Notes: generated by a model not told the origin, from the letters alone. A stretch of DNA of 64,000 nucleotides from the human T2T-CHM13v2.0 reference genome, Homo sapiens (GCF_009914755.1 NC_060938.1), one strand, 5' to 3'; counted from the stretch's first letter, positions 1 to 17,363 are shown. Program-made: numbers and translations.

Positions 1-981
1 AAGATGCTGGAATCTTTTTGGACCTAAGCAAGCCTTTATCTCACTGAAAATAGTGGCAGGTTATTGAAACCAGAGTATAAGCCAGTAATAAAAGTAGAAT
101 AGATTCAACTGAGGTTTTAATAATCAGCTCTCTTACTTGTTTTATGAAGAAAGTAAAGATATATTTTAAAGCTGAGGTGAAAAATAAACATATATTCTCC
201 CAAGCCGAGTAGATAGTAAAATTGGCCATGCCAAGAGACAGACACTTTCCCTGATCTGGAGATTTTCTTTTTAATCACCTTTCCATATGTAAGGCTTATA
301 AAATTCAACCCTTGGCAAACAGATCACATTGCCTGCTGTTAAAACTGCCTAAGCAGATTTATTGGCATCAGGGAAGCCAGCAAAGCACTGAATTCCAGAA
401 CACATACATCCACAGACTCTGCCAGATGACAAGACACAGTTCCAATGTCACAATATTATTCACAGCCCATAAATGTAAAATTGATTACTGCAATTAATGG
501 ACAGAAATCTACTACCAGGCAAACTATAAGTCCTTTACTGAAATTTCTGCAAGTATTTGGTAACCTTGGCATGGTATTGAACCCATGATTCATGGGAAAA
601 GAAGGAAGATATTACCTCCACACACGTTCACTTTATTAGGGTAGCCACCTACATATGTATATAAAAATATATAAACAAATTCTATATAATGTATTAGTTC
701 AAATATTAAATCTTATAAACAAGATTTAATATTTGAATTGGTACATTTTTTAAAAGCATAAAAATTGGAGAAAAAAATTTTTTATTTATTGGCACCAAAC
801 CTTCTAATTTTTCAGGAACCTGTGTTAGAAATTCAGTGTTTTCAAAGGGTGTAGCAAATAGTTTTCTTTTTGTCTATATTTGTATATATCCTGGGCCTAT
901 CTGATGGTAAAAGTATCGGAGTAACTAAATTCTACTGCTCAGAAATTCTGTTTGAAATTACATGACCGGCTGTTATTATAG

Positions 982-1040
982 GGCACTGAAGAACTTGAAG
1001 TGCGAATTCTGGTGCAAGCTCGGCCAGGCCAAGATATCAG
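982..1040 (+). CDS. GPHN: Gephyrin coding exon, 59 nt: GTEELEVRILVQARPGQDI(R)
   Basis: Acceptor ttattatag|GGC; donor CAG|gtaact; translation matches gephyrin. Confidence 0.97.
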
Positions 1041-2082
1041 GTAACTTCAAAACACATAGAATATATAGCCTACTTTTGTTTCTACATGATCATTTACTCA
1101 GGAAACCCTGGCTACTATAAATCTGCAGCCATGTCAGTTAGCCATTAATTTTCAGGGCTTTAACAAAAAGCAAAATGAATGTTATGAATTCTGTATCACA
1201 TATCTGCCCTGCCTACTTTTTAATGAAGATGGTAAAGGCGAGTTAGTCAAAAGCAAGATGAGAAAGAGGTAAAGTCATGAGCCTACATATTCTACAGTTA
1301 ATTCTACTTCTAGATAATCCAGAATTACCCAATCCCATCCCTAAATAATCTGGAATTTGGTATCAACTCAGATAATACCAGAATTGGGTATTTACACAAT
1401 TAACTAATAGCATATGCTCTAGTGACTACCAATAATAATGGAATAATCTGTTCCTTGTTATATACAAAGATGAGGCTATTTGCTATGATAAATAGTGCAT
1501 ATACCTTAAATTATTTTTCTTAAAATGGAATATGTTTACCCTGATTCCATTAATACTAATTTGCTGAACATCCCTTTGTAACGAAGCTACACTTCTCCCA
1601 TCCCTATGGCAGCACACCAAGGTTAATGTACCTCAGTAGCCACAGATCAGGACCAACCTAAGTGGTCCATATGGAAATTACCTCTATGACTGTAGCCTCA
1701 TTAGCATTATTCTCCTTGACAAAGCTAGCCAGCTGTGGACCTCTTATCATTAATGCCGCTAGATATTGCCATACAAATTCTTGCCTTATCAAAGAAAGTT
1801 TACAATTGGTATTTTTACTATAATGTAACATAAAACAATTTGTAAAGTAATTTTATTCACAGGTACTCATGAAAAAAAATTTCAAATATGAAGTAACATG
1901 TTTTTCTTTAGCAGTAATACATTCAAATCCTATTTCTGTTTTCTGTTGTGTGATTTAACTTTTAAAATTAAAAAAGCATAGGATTTTTAGAATCCCTTCA
2001 ATTCATTGTTTTCCTACTACTTTATTTCTAGACTTTTTTGTCTTCTTGAATGTCCTTTTTTGACACTAAAGTTTCCCTCTGA

Positions 2083-2337
<255 letters not shown>

Positions 2338-3528
2338 TAAAGGTATTTCTGACATATGTTCTGTGTTGTAAATAGAATGTTGTAGATTATAGATCATACC
2401 AGTGGATCCACATTCTTATAACAGGGAAACAATAAATTGGCTTTAGGATAGTTTCAAGTTCAGAATATGAGAACAAAGAAGAACTAGTAAAAATTATGTA
2501 TTATGAAATGTTCTCTTCTATTAGAATGAAATATTATAACCAATGGCCTTTCCACAAAGTCAGTACACATAAGCAAAAAACTTTAGCTGCTAGCTATAGA
2601 TATTAAACTATACAAACTCAGTACTGTTTCTGTTTAGACAATGAATTGTGCCCATCCTGCTGCTGAAATGATGAGCTACTTCTGTGTGGGAAGTATCAAT
2701 GAATCAGGACATCATGGCTAGCACTTCTTGTGAAAAGTTCCATTTGATCTTTAATCACTAAGAGGGATTTGATAATCAGGTTTTTTTTTTCCTCTCTCTC
2801 TCCCTAAAGATAGCATCTCTAGTGGCATGATATTTAGAATGGGTCAAAATGTCTTTTCATTCCTGATTTAGAAAAGAGAATTTAGTCCATCTCTTTCTGA
2901 GAACTCTTGAAAAACTTCCTATTGCTTGTTTTGCTTAGGTTGTGCAAAACTTCAGTCAGAAGCTCCAAGGTCAAATGGAGAATACTAAAAAGTGAATCTG
3001 CTGGAAACTCAAAACCTTATAAAAGAATCAGAAACTATTGAGATTTTTAAAAGTATTAATAATTCCTTTGACCTTACTATTAAAGAAAAGATTAGCGGGA
3101 TTTTTTAAAAATCTCTTTGTTCTGAAAATAAACCCATCATTATTTTTAATTTCTTGAAGTCTTGGAAATGAAAATTTTCAGAGGTCTTTTTATGACATTA
3201 TAGTCCTTTTGGTTAAAGCAAAAGAATAGACTGTTTTATTTTGCAAATAGATAGCTAAATCAACATTCCAGATGTGCTTACTTCCCAGTATATATGCACT
3301 AGTCATTTCCAAAAACTATTGATTGACAAAAAACATTCTTTTCAATTTGATCTACATAGTAATGATTTTAATATCCTTAGAACCAAATAACACTATATAT
3401 AGCATCAGAAATAAATTTTTGTTAAACTGGTTGACTCAGTGAACTATTCTTTTTTATGATATACTTACATGCTTTGTGCAACAAGTAAGTTCATGGAGTT
3501 TGAGAAAGCTAAACAGTAGCACACTCAT

Positions 3529-3830
3529 GGACCAGGCATGGTGGCTTATTCCTGTAATCCCAGCATTTAGGGAGGCTGAAGCAGGGGGATCAATTGAGGC
3601 TAGGAGTTCAAAACCAGCCTGGGCAACATAGCGGGACCCTGCCTCTACTAAAAAATTAAAAATAGCTATGCATGGTAGCACATGCCTATAGTCCTAGCTA
3701 CTGAGGAGGCTGAGGTGGGAGGATCACTTGAGCTCAAGAATTCAAGGCTGCAGTGAGCTATGATGGCACTACTGCACTTTAGCCTGGGTGACAGAGTGAG
3801 ACCCTATCTCACAATAAAGTAAAATAAGAA
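3529..3830 (+). mobile_element. AluJ-type SINE
   Basis: Diverged dimeric Alu; TSD cacactcat (3520-3528 / 3835-3843). Confidence 0.9.
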
Positions 3831-4546
3831 TTAACACACTCATAATAACTATTTAGTTAATAGGAAACTCTGTTTAAGCGATATTGCTTATATTTCTCTC
3901 TCATGCTTTTGTAGGTCTGGACTCATCCTCTCAATTATCCACAGAGTATATTGTTAGTGTTTTGTTTAAGCTACCTTTTACACTCAATTAAAACTATTTA
4001 CTGGAAGTAGGCTAAGGTAATGGGGTGAGAATAGAGATGGTATTATATCATGAAATCTAGGGAAGAGTTTGTAGTCTTAGTTCCCTGCCCCCACAGAGCT
4101 TATTACTCTTGAAGAAGCTTTGACTAATTCTACATGACTTATTCCCCTACTTTAACAGACCTGCTATACTAAACTATACCACAGTTTTCCAAGAGAATAA
4201 TGCTTCTAAATTATATTATCTCTGGTTCCATATAGCTCAACATTCCTCCCTTTCTCTTATTCAAAGTTAGTTTTTATTATGACTCTATGATCATATAGTT
4301 TAGTTTTGTTCAGCAGATAATTGGGTACCTCTGTGCCAGGCACTTTACTGGAAATTGGTGATAAAAAAAAAAGAGATAAATAAAGCATATTATCTCTCCA
4401 GAAGGCTTGAAATTCTCAGATACCTAGAAAACAATAGCAAAAAAAAAATTACCTATTTTCAGAGAGGGCAAAAGAAATTGCACTTAATGTAGCAAGGCCA
4501 TAATTTACCCAGTCACAGTACAAACTTTCCTTAAGTATTGGTTTTA

Positions 4547-5001
<455 letters not shown>

Positions 5002-5147
5002 TTATTACTGTATGAGCTTGTTAAGGACCAGCAAATTATTTCAAAATTGGGGATATAGAGTTATCAACTATAGCTAACATGGAATAGCTGATTTCTGTAT
5101 TCGTTGATTTCAACAAACTGTGCATATTAAAATTTAGATATGCAACC

Positions 5148-5530
5148 TGTGGTGATTCATGTCTGTAATCCCAGCACTTTGGGAGGCCGAGATGGGTAGA
5201 TCACTTGAGGCTAGGAGTTTGAGACCAGCCTGGGCAACATGGCAAAACCCTGTCTCTACAAAAAATACAAGCCAGGCATGATGCTATGCCCCTGTAGTGT
5301 CTGCTACTCAGGAGGCTGAGGCAGAGGTTACAGTGCGCAATGACCATTCCACTGTACTACAGCCTGGGAAACAGAGTGAGACAAAGAAAGAAAAGAAAAA
5401 GAAAGAAAGAAAAGAAAAAGAAAGAAAGAAAGAAAAAGAAAGAAAGAAACAGAAGGAAAAGAAAAAGGGGAAGGGGAAGCAAAAAGAAAAGAGAGAAAAG
5501 AAAAGAAACAAGGAAAGGAGGGGAGGGCAG
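5148..5530 (+). mobile_element. Old Alu with internal deletion and an expanded GAAA-rich tail (~5382-5530)
   Basis: Alu body followed by about 150 nt of purine-rich low-complexity sequence. Confidence 0.85.
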
Positions 5531-5547
5531 GGCAGGACTGCTTAGGA

Positions 5548-5655
5548 GATGGGTGCACCAAAATCTCACTAATTACCACTAAATAAATTATTCATGTAAC
5601 CAGATACCACCTGTTCCCCAAAAATCTATTGAAATGAAAAATGTTTAAAAAATAG
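5548..5655 (+). mobile_element. L1 (L1PB-like) extreme 3' end fragment
   Basis: gatgggtgcaccaaaatctca...catgtaacca...cacctgttccccaaaaa..tattgaaat followed by A-rich sequence. Confidence 0.75.
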
Positions 5656-5692
5656 AAAAAGAAAACTCATTCATAATCCAAAAAAGAAAGAA

Positions 5693-5799
5693 AGAGTCTC
5701 GCCATTTTGCCCAGACTGGCCTTAAACTCCTAAGCTCAAGTGATCCTCCCACCTCAGCTTCCCAAGTAGCTGAGACTACAGGCTTATGCTACCATAGCC
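5693..5799 (-). mobile_element. FLAM / Alu monomer fragment
   Basis: Reverse-complement Alu left-arm sequence. Confidence 0.8.
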
Positions 5800-7183
5800 A
5801 CTTCACAGGACAGGTTTTAAGCCAATCAAATCTGTCCAGAGTCATCTTAATGGAAATATTATATTAATTATTTTCTAATACAATTTGTAAACCTCTGTAT
5901 TTCTAAACCAAATTCTTAAAGACTCCTTAAATTGTTTAAAAGATCTAAATGTTTCTCTTCCCTTCTTATCTTGTAACCTAGTAAGCCAGGCAATTAGCTT
6001 AACGATCAGTTAAACCTTTTTTTCCCCAGAGTTGTGTTAAAAGCTATTTGCAACAGGAACATTCTTCATGAGAGCTCATTGACTTTTCTCCCTCTTTTTG
6101 TGTTAGACCTATGTATCTGAACTATCTGGGTGTATCCATAATAACAAGAATTGAGTTTTGATCAATTAATAGATTAAGTTTTCTAGAAGACAGAGAAAGA
6201 AAGTGAGATGATTACCACAAATATGTAAAGAGTTACTGACCACTATAAAAGTCAAATCACCTTCTCTTTGCAAAGAGTGGGAAAGCCTTAAATGCAAGCA
6301 AACCCATTTCAATACATGAGAAAGAAAGGAAGTCATTACAACCAGTTCAAATAGTATCTTGGGCACTTGATAATTCCATCAAGACTATAGGATTAATTAA
6401 GTCTTTAAAAGTACTTTCAAGTGAATAATTGTAGTCATATCAAAAGTACTTCAAAATGACCACTGCAATTCCAGGTTGTCCTTGATGAAATTATGCTTTT
6501 TAGAAAGATAAATGTGTGAAAGAGAAAACAGAAGCCAGAGTTATGCCTGGAGATAGTGCAAGTTTATTATTAAATGAACCCATGAATTCATTAGCTACTG
6601 GTCATTCAAAAGGGAAAAATAGCACTTAAATATTGTACCTAAAGTCCTCAACAGTAAAGGTTGAACCCCTGGCAGCTAACCCTGAAACCTAACAAGCTAG
6701 AATGGGTAGAGAGGAAATCTCTCCCAAAGCCAGTTTCTCATAGACAAAACTAAGAAAAGTTCTTATAGGCACACAACAATGTGGCCAACTGACAGATAGG
6801 ATGGCCAGTTTCAAATCTTTACTAAGAAAAACAAAAATTAGTATAAATCCAATCAGATAACCAAACAATTCTGGAAACCTTATAACAAAAACAATATCAG
6901 CTGTCTTTGGGAGTTCAGCAAAAAAACGATCAGACCTCAAAACAAGGGCTGGAGTTAATCTAAGCATCATAGACAAGGAATCTGCCCAAGCAAAAAGGCA
7001 GAAGAGACCTCACTGAAATACAGTATAACCAATAATATAACTGGTGGCAAGAGTTCCTGCCTAAGTCTTGGTAGGATTTTCATAATACCAAAATCCTAAT
7101 ACAAAGACCACCAGGGAAACCTGTTGATCATACAAAATGGTTATATTAAAGTTTCTGAGAAAAAGAAAACATCACCTTGACAA

Positions 7184-8040
<857 letters not shown>

Positions 8041-8600
8041 ACAGAGTCTCAGTGGTGTTTCACAACTGGGAAGTCATAAGATTTTTATGAGGGTATTTAT
8101 AGGATTTTGAGGACTAGGGTTGGCCATGGGATAGTTTTAAGGTAGAAGTTATTAAGCAAAGTCCGAGCAGAGATTGGTCGGAATTTGTAAAATAGGTGAA
8201 TTGGTGGATCACAGTCAGTCTTATCTTCAGAGCATATGAATCCATGTGGAACTACTGTTAAAACAAGTTGTCCATGATCTTATCTTAAAGTATATGGATC
8301 TGAACAAGCTTGTGTTAAAAACAATTTATTTCAAGTTACATGTCCTGGTTTGGTACAGTTTAGCTGTTATGCAAATAATGGTATAGTTTTGCAAGTTGAT
8401 GTTTCTGTTTTATTTCTCAGAAGGAAATAGTTTGTAGGCAAGGCAGCCAATTATAAGGCTTTCACAGAAATTCAGACATAATGTAATGAATGTCTAGAAT
8501 TGTTTTGGGAGGTAGTAAAAGAGTGAATGAAAATGTAGGGTCAAGGAAGAGATGGATTAGAATATTCTTAATGATTGAGGCTTTTGGGAAGAGTGGGCTA

Positions 8601-9357
<757 letters not shown>

Positions 9358-11376
9358 TCATATTTTTTTCTTTTGAAACTGTAATAAATTTCAGACATCA
9401 TTCCCAAGATGACTGGAAGTATAACAGAAAATAAGATTCAGTTTTAAAAGGAAAAATTGTGAGTTTATTCTAGTATATTTAGCCTTATACTCTTCCATTT
9501 AATTCTGTATTGTTTTATTTGAAATTATTTAAAATACACTGTAAATCCCACACCCTCATTTAACTAGCTATTTTTTCGTTATGTCAGTTTTACAGACAAA
9601 TAATGGGTTCTCCAGTGATCTCTAATTTTCCGTTATTTCTGGAACTGTTTGCAGCAAAATAACAGAGAGGAACATAAATAGCAAAGAAAACACCCTGATA
9701 ACAGAGGAATCTTACTTAGTTCGTGGTCAATACCCTGCTTTGAAAAAAATGATATAATCACACATTTTTCTTTCTAAAGCAACTAGTTTGATTAATGGAG
9801 TTAAAGAGCTGCAAGCCTTGCCCCTTATAAAATTATAATCACTTTAATAACTGTGTTAATTAAGATCAGAAAATTAATCTATGTTAGCATTGCAGTAGCA
9901 ATTTTCCAAGTACTGCCAGGGAGTAAGAATGAAAGTGGGTTACAATGTCACATGGCATCTGATTAAGTTAAATTAGTAAGTATTCGAAGGGAAGACTCCC
10001 TGGTGACACTGAATAAGATGGTCACAGTTTTCCTGTAGCCTATTGTAAGGGGACAGTTGGTTGCAAAGCTACTACTTTTCCAATATAAAGTCAAAAATCT
10101 GGCCACATACTATCACTAATGAGTCTGAAGGAAGATTAGGACTTGTGGTTATTGTCTGGGAGAATTCATATAATAAGCTCTGGTGTTGGCCATATTAGTA
10201 GCTAAAACATCTTAAATGTGCAGGCTTGCCTTTAACCTCCTAAAATAATAGTCCAGGTTTTCTCACTTCAAGTAAGTACTTCTTTTTTTACTTTATAATT
10301 TCTGAAATCAAAGCATATCTTAAAACTGATACATAAATTGTTGTAAGAATGTATCTGTGTATGTGAAGGACCCCCTACTCTTAGGTATTTTATAATCTAA
10401 TAGTCTATGTTCACATTATAAACTGATGTCATCTGTACTAGCATCTAGGGGTAACAATATGAGAACAATTGGGAGGAAAGTAGGTGATCCTTTGACGTCA
10501 TATGTCATAAAGAAAGGAAAGAGAATCACATTTATTGTACATTTATCTGCATAAACTGAATGTTCATTATCTCACTCCTAACAATTACCTTGCAAGGTAG
10601 TTATTATTACTATATTTTATAAATGAGAAAATTACGACAAAGAATTTTGTCAACTTGAATTTGAACCCTGTTGGAATCCAAAGCTCTTCCTACTCTACAA
10701 TCTGACTACCTCATTGGAACATCCTAAGGTAGAATAAGCTTCGTTAATTTTCTTCGTAGACATAGTAGATATTAAATCTCTAAAGATTAATTCAGTTCAG
10801 AATAATGGAATTGTGCATACATGTAGCTAAGTATTACTTAAGTTTGCTAGTATCAGAGACAAAACATCTGTCTTCCTCTCCTTCACATAAGCTTAGCTTC
10901 TTTGATACTGTTGACCCCACTTCAGAAAAGAGACAAAAAAGTTTGAAAGAAAAGATAAACTATTATTCTGTTCAGACTTAAGGATATCATGTCACACAAT
11001 CTATACCTCAAATATTCCCAATGGAAGACAAATTGGAAAATAATATTGGGAGAAAAAAAGATAATTGTTTTATTTAGTTTGGCCAGTATCTCCAGAGCAT
11101 TATTATCAAATTGGAGCCCAACCTGGTGGGATATTTTGCATGCAGTTCAATCGCCAGTGAAATTTCAGAGTGTTTTTTGACTTCCATAGGAACATTTTCT
11201 CATCCTCCTATACTTTCAATATTTATTTAAAGATCCTTTGGGCATTCACCTTCAAAATGCCAGATACCATTGTAGGTGCTAGATATGCTAAACTCAGTTT
11301 AGTAGATTTTTTTTTCATTAGAAATATGCAACATTAACCTAATAGAATAATTTGTGGTGGTTTTTTGGCTTTGTAG

Positions 11377-11499
<123 letters not shown>

Positions 11500-12501
11500 T
11501 AAGTATTTGATGTCATTCTGAAAAGTTTGTATTGTACAAATACGAGTTTTTGGAATACTCATTAGGTGGAGTTGCTGCTAAAGAGACAGAAATTTAATGT
11601 CATAATTTTCACTTATCTCATTCTTCAGAAGCCAAAGAATATTGAGGTATCTATGTCCTTTAGAGATAAAGATTTCTTGGAATGTCTCTGAAAACAAGAG
11701 AAATACTTTACTTTCCTGTAGTATGTTAGGTTTCAAAGGATGTTTTTGTAATAGTTTTGGTTTTATCCCAATGGAGCTAACAGTGATGGCATTATTCTGA
11801 TGCACATTTTTACTTCTTTCAAGAAAGACAGGAAAAGCATAGGTAAGAAGAGAAAGAGAGATTGTCAAAAGTAGCACTACCTAATTCTTTGAAATTTAAG
11901 TACAATTTTTTTCTAGGACTTCTATATTGATTTTTGTGTCTTTATGTAACCTGTTTCTCCAGGCTTTACCTACTTGAAAGTACAAAGGGAAGCACAATGA
12001 CTATAATTACTCAATTTTTAAGAGCCTATTACCCCCATCTACTGAATTAACTCAGCCCTCTGCTAAGTTTTCTAAGTATTTCTGTGAATCTCCAGTGCTG
12101 TCTCATGTGTGATCAAAAGCAAGTCTACACTTTCTAAACATCCTAGTATCATGCAACACTGCTGCCTGGCTGTCTTTCAAAAGTCACCCTTTCCATTTCA
12201 CTAGAGCTACACCTGCTTTTAGTAATACTCAAATATCAACCCAATGGAGACAAGGCTCAGAGACAGATCTGAGTGATAAATACTCATGATGTATCTATCA
12301 CCCATAATCCCCTTTCTCTCTTATCACTACCTCATCACTGTGTAGACCTCATTAAGCATGGATCCTTCTTCCCTTATGTTGAGTACTTTCCCAAAACTCA
12401 GATGTGCTTTTGAAGAGGTTCTGACCTACCATTCACAAGGTAGGATCTGACAAGGCATGCTGTGAACTTTATCTTAGGCTCACACTGGACATAGTCTAAC
12501 C

Positions 12502-13035
<534 letters not shown>

Positions 13036-13204
13036 GTCTAAACCTTGGACACAAGCATCTTGCCAGTAACCTGAAAGGTAGTAGCTTTTATGTCATCTAA
13101 CCTTTTGAAGTTCTCTTCTTTCCTCCTGATTTTTTTTTCTTTCTCTGAGGACACTGGAGTGGAAGCTGGTGTATTTTCAAATGTCATTCTTTTTAAAATC
13201 TTCA

Positions 13205-13534
<330 letters not shown>

Positions 13535-14554
13535 CTAAGAAGGGAAAGTAAAGCCAGTGTACAGGAAGGAAAGGGGGGAAAAAGCCAGTTATTTGAATTT
13601 GGGCCTTAGCAGTAACCTATCCTTTAAGATACAAGTACTTAAAAACTATCCTATCCAGATACAGCTTTTCCAAAGACCAAAATCAACTTCTGAGAAGAGA
13701 AGTGATAAATCCAAGAGTTTGAAAACACAAAGATAAGGCAAGCAGGCTTGAAACTTCATGGAACAAACACCAGATTCTTAGGGTTATTTCCCTCCTACCA
13801 ATGGCTCTGGCCCTACCTCTAAGTGCGTTAATGAGCTCTAAGAAATAGTATAAGGAAAAAGGGAGCTTTTAAATTGTTTTTACCCTAATTTGTTCTGGAC
13901 TATAATTCTGCCCATTCTCCCTCTTACTGTTATACTTTTTTTTTTAAAGAGGTTACTTAATATACTGTATATACTGCCATTATCTTGAAGTACTCTAAAG
14001 GCCAAAACATCATTGAAAGGCCAACATGTTGGTATGCTGATATTTTTCTGGGATCCACACTGTTAATTTGTGGTGGACATTTCCTAATAATGGTGATATT
14101 GCATTTAACTCCAAAATATACTTTGAAAACAGTATAAAGAACAACAAAACTATAAACAGGTTAAGGCAATTCAGTGAATGTACAAATCTCTAGTGTATAC
14201 CCTTTTCTTGAATAGTAATACCTTATATCAAACTGAGAACAATTTAAAAAAAAAAGAAATTGATGCAAATCTAGGCTTTCTTAGTCTTAGAGTGCTATAT
14301 TGAAGGGGTCCAGAGTGAATGGTGTAGAATGCAGAGGTGGAATGTGGGAGGAAAGAATTTATAATTGTTCTAATGGAAATCTGTGCTGGGAGTTTAGCAA
14401 AGAAAACAAGGTATTTAATCTACAGCCTATTGATATTCTGTGAAGGCTACCCTCCTTCATTCTTCTTCATCCTATTCAGCCATTTGCTAAGGAAAGCAAA
14501 TATTGTCACACAGAAGCATCTGGGTAAAGCTCTCCAGGGAAACAAGCAGAGTCA

Positions 14555-14938
<384 letters not shown>

Positions 14939-15329
14939 CTATGACAGATAAGGGTAGAGAGTGACAGCTCTATTTGTATCATTAAAAAAGGTTTGAGTCT
15001 GGTTTTTAAATTCTATATGATTCTATTTCTCAGCTCTTATTCTTATCACCTGCCATAATTTTGACAATCAAAGTAAAAATAGAAGAATAAGACTTTGTAG
15101 CTCTTTGAAGTGAGTTGGACTAAATGGCCTTTGCTTACTATACCTTTTATTTTAAAAGGTTAATTTAATAGTACTATGAAGATTACTGGAGGGATGCTTC
15201 AAATACCTGAGAATTAACAACTGTATTTGAAAATCATTCATTTGTAAACATTATATATATATTAAAATACATTTCTTGTTTTCTCACACTGTTTGGAACA
15301 CAGTACTGTTGGAGTTCCTATAGTCTTTT

Positions 15330-15465
15330 TCTTTAAAGAGACACATTTTGAAACCCAGAGATATTAAGTAACTTGCCCAGCATTATACTACTAGTTAGTG
15401 GCAGAGATAAAAATGGAATCTAAATTTCCTGAGATTGACAATCCATAATTCTCTACTATCATTAT
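15330..15465. mobile_element. MIR
   Basis: MIR core gaaacccagagatattaagtaacttgccc...ctagttagtggcagag. Confidence 0.7.
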
Positions 15466-15729
15466 AAAGACAAGATATTGTATACCTGTGTACTACTGTG
15501 GGCTGGATTGGTCAGACAGAGTTTTATAAACCTCTAGTTTCAAGCTAGAACTTAAAAGAATGAGTAGGATTTAGATAGGAAAAGAGAGTGTGTTAATCCA
15601 AGTAGGAAACTGAATGCACAAAGTAGAGAAGTAGAAACAAATAGTGTCTAGAGAATTAGAAATGAACAAGAGATTCAGGTAGAAGGATAAGACAGGTAAA
15701 TTGAGTAGAAATTTGAACCAGATTTTGAA

Positions 15730-16387
15730 AGGATGTGGAGAAATAGGAACACTTTTACACTGTTGGTGGGACTGTAAACTAGTTCAACCATTGTGGAAGT
15801 CAGTGTGGCAATTCCTCAGGGATCTAGAACTAGAAATACCATTTGACCCAGCCATCCCATTACTGGGTGTATACCCAAAGGACTATAAATCATGCTGCTA
15901 TAAAGACACATGCACACGTATGTTTATTGCGGCATTATTCACAATAGCAAAGACTTGGAACCAACCCAAATGTCCAACAATGATAGACTGGATTAAGAAA
16001 ATGTGGCACATATACACCATGGAATACTATGCAGCCATAAAAAATGATGAGTTCCTGTCCTTTGTAGGGACATGGATGAAATTGGAAATGATCATTCTCA
16101 GTAAACTATCGCAAGGACAAAAAACCAAACACCGCATGTTCTCACTCATAGGTGGGAATTGAACAATGAGATCACATGGACACAGGAAGGGGAATATCAC
16201 ACTCTGGGGACTGTTGTGGGGTGGGGGGAGGGGGGAAGGGGGAGGGATAGCATCGGGAGATATACCTAATGCTAGAAGACGAGTTAGTGGGTGCAGCGCA
16301 CCAGCATGGCACATGTATACATATGTAACTAACCTGCACAATGTGCACATGTACCCTAAAACTTAAAGTATAATAAAAAAAAAAAAA
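15730..16387 (+). mobile_element. 5'-truncated young L1 (L1PA2-like): ORF2 C-terminus, 3'UTR and poly(A), inserted in an L2-like remnant
   Basis: ORF 15701..16162 carries the intact ORF2p C-terminus (CGEIGTLLHCWWDC...SLIGGN). The 3'UTR has GAG (16281-16283) and cttaaagtata, i.e. non-Ta alleles. Confidence 0.92.
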
Positions 16388-16629
16388 TGGCTTTGCAATT
16401 TAGGCTGCCAAACTACCCAATTCAGTTAAATTTGAAGTTTGGGTATTTTTTGGTTTGTTTGGGTTTTTGTTTTTGTTTTTGTTTTGCCGAATTGACATAA
16501 AAAACAATTATTTTAAAAAGATCAATTGACCTAGATTTATCATATAAGCTAATGATGGAGACTGGAAATAAGGAGAACAATACAATTTGTTTACTCATTG
16601 TTTAATCAGTCACCAGGAAGTATTGATTG

Positions 16630-16770
16630 TGTACCTGTGAGTCGTCTGGAGATCTTATTGAAAATGTTGATTATACTTTAACAAATCTGGGGTGGGCTGA
16701 GATTTTGCATCTCTGACAAGCTCCAAAATTATACCAAACTGCAGGTCTGTGGAACACAGGAAGTATCAAG
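16630..16770. mobile_element. MER5A-like hAT fossil
   Basis: tctggggtgggctgagattttgcatctctgacaagctcc...gcaggtctgtggaacaca. Confidence 0.65.
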
Positions 16771-17363
16771 AATATAGTAAGATCAGTCATGCGTCTGCTA
16801 TGAATTTTAAGCCAAAGGCTATGGAAGATACAAAATTGAAACAGATATTGATCTTACTTTTGAAGAATCACAAATTCCAAGCAGTAAAAATATTTTAGAA
16901 GGTTCCAGAACTTAAACTCAAATTTGGAACTATAAGAAGAAAGAGATTAAATAAAGAGAAATATTGAAGTCTATTATGTAGAAGAGAGCAGTGTCACTGT
17001 TGAATTATCTTTGTCTGGATTACAAAGCCTCAAAATGGTATGTGTATGTAAACACAAAATGCCTGGAAAAGCAAGCTGTTAGGCCTCTTTACCACAATTT
17101 TATATTCCTGTGTAGCAACATACTATTTCCATGTCTTCATTCTCCACTCAAAATCTATTATTTCTTGGCTTTTATAGCTCTTTTTGCTATGCTCATTCCC
17201 CTAAATATAGGTCTCCCCGTGGCTTACCCTTGGCTTTCTGTCCTTTTCATTCTGTATGCTAATGACTGACTACCAAATCTTATATCCCCAGCCCAAATAT
17301 GAAACTAGTAAAGCCTAGATATTCTGAATTGGCACAAATTTATGTGAGTTTATATACTTTTAA

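Noticed and set aside
2005-2031. Strong-looking acceptor 107 nt upstream of the 2139 exon
   Set aside because: Its use would shift frame and hit TGA; there is no supporting evidence, so it is treated as a decoy.
5297-5582. K/E/R-rich and F/L/S-rich ORFs (also 18860-19069 and 23907-24185)
   Set aside because: Low-complexity GAAA/CTTT tracts that happen to lack stop codons.
15701-16162. L1 ORF2 fragment as an active L1HS-Ta element
   Set aside because: Only ~660 nt, and it carries GAG and A rather than the Ta-diagnostic ACA and G.
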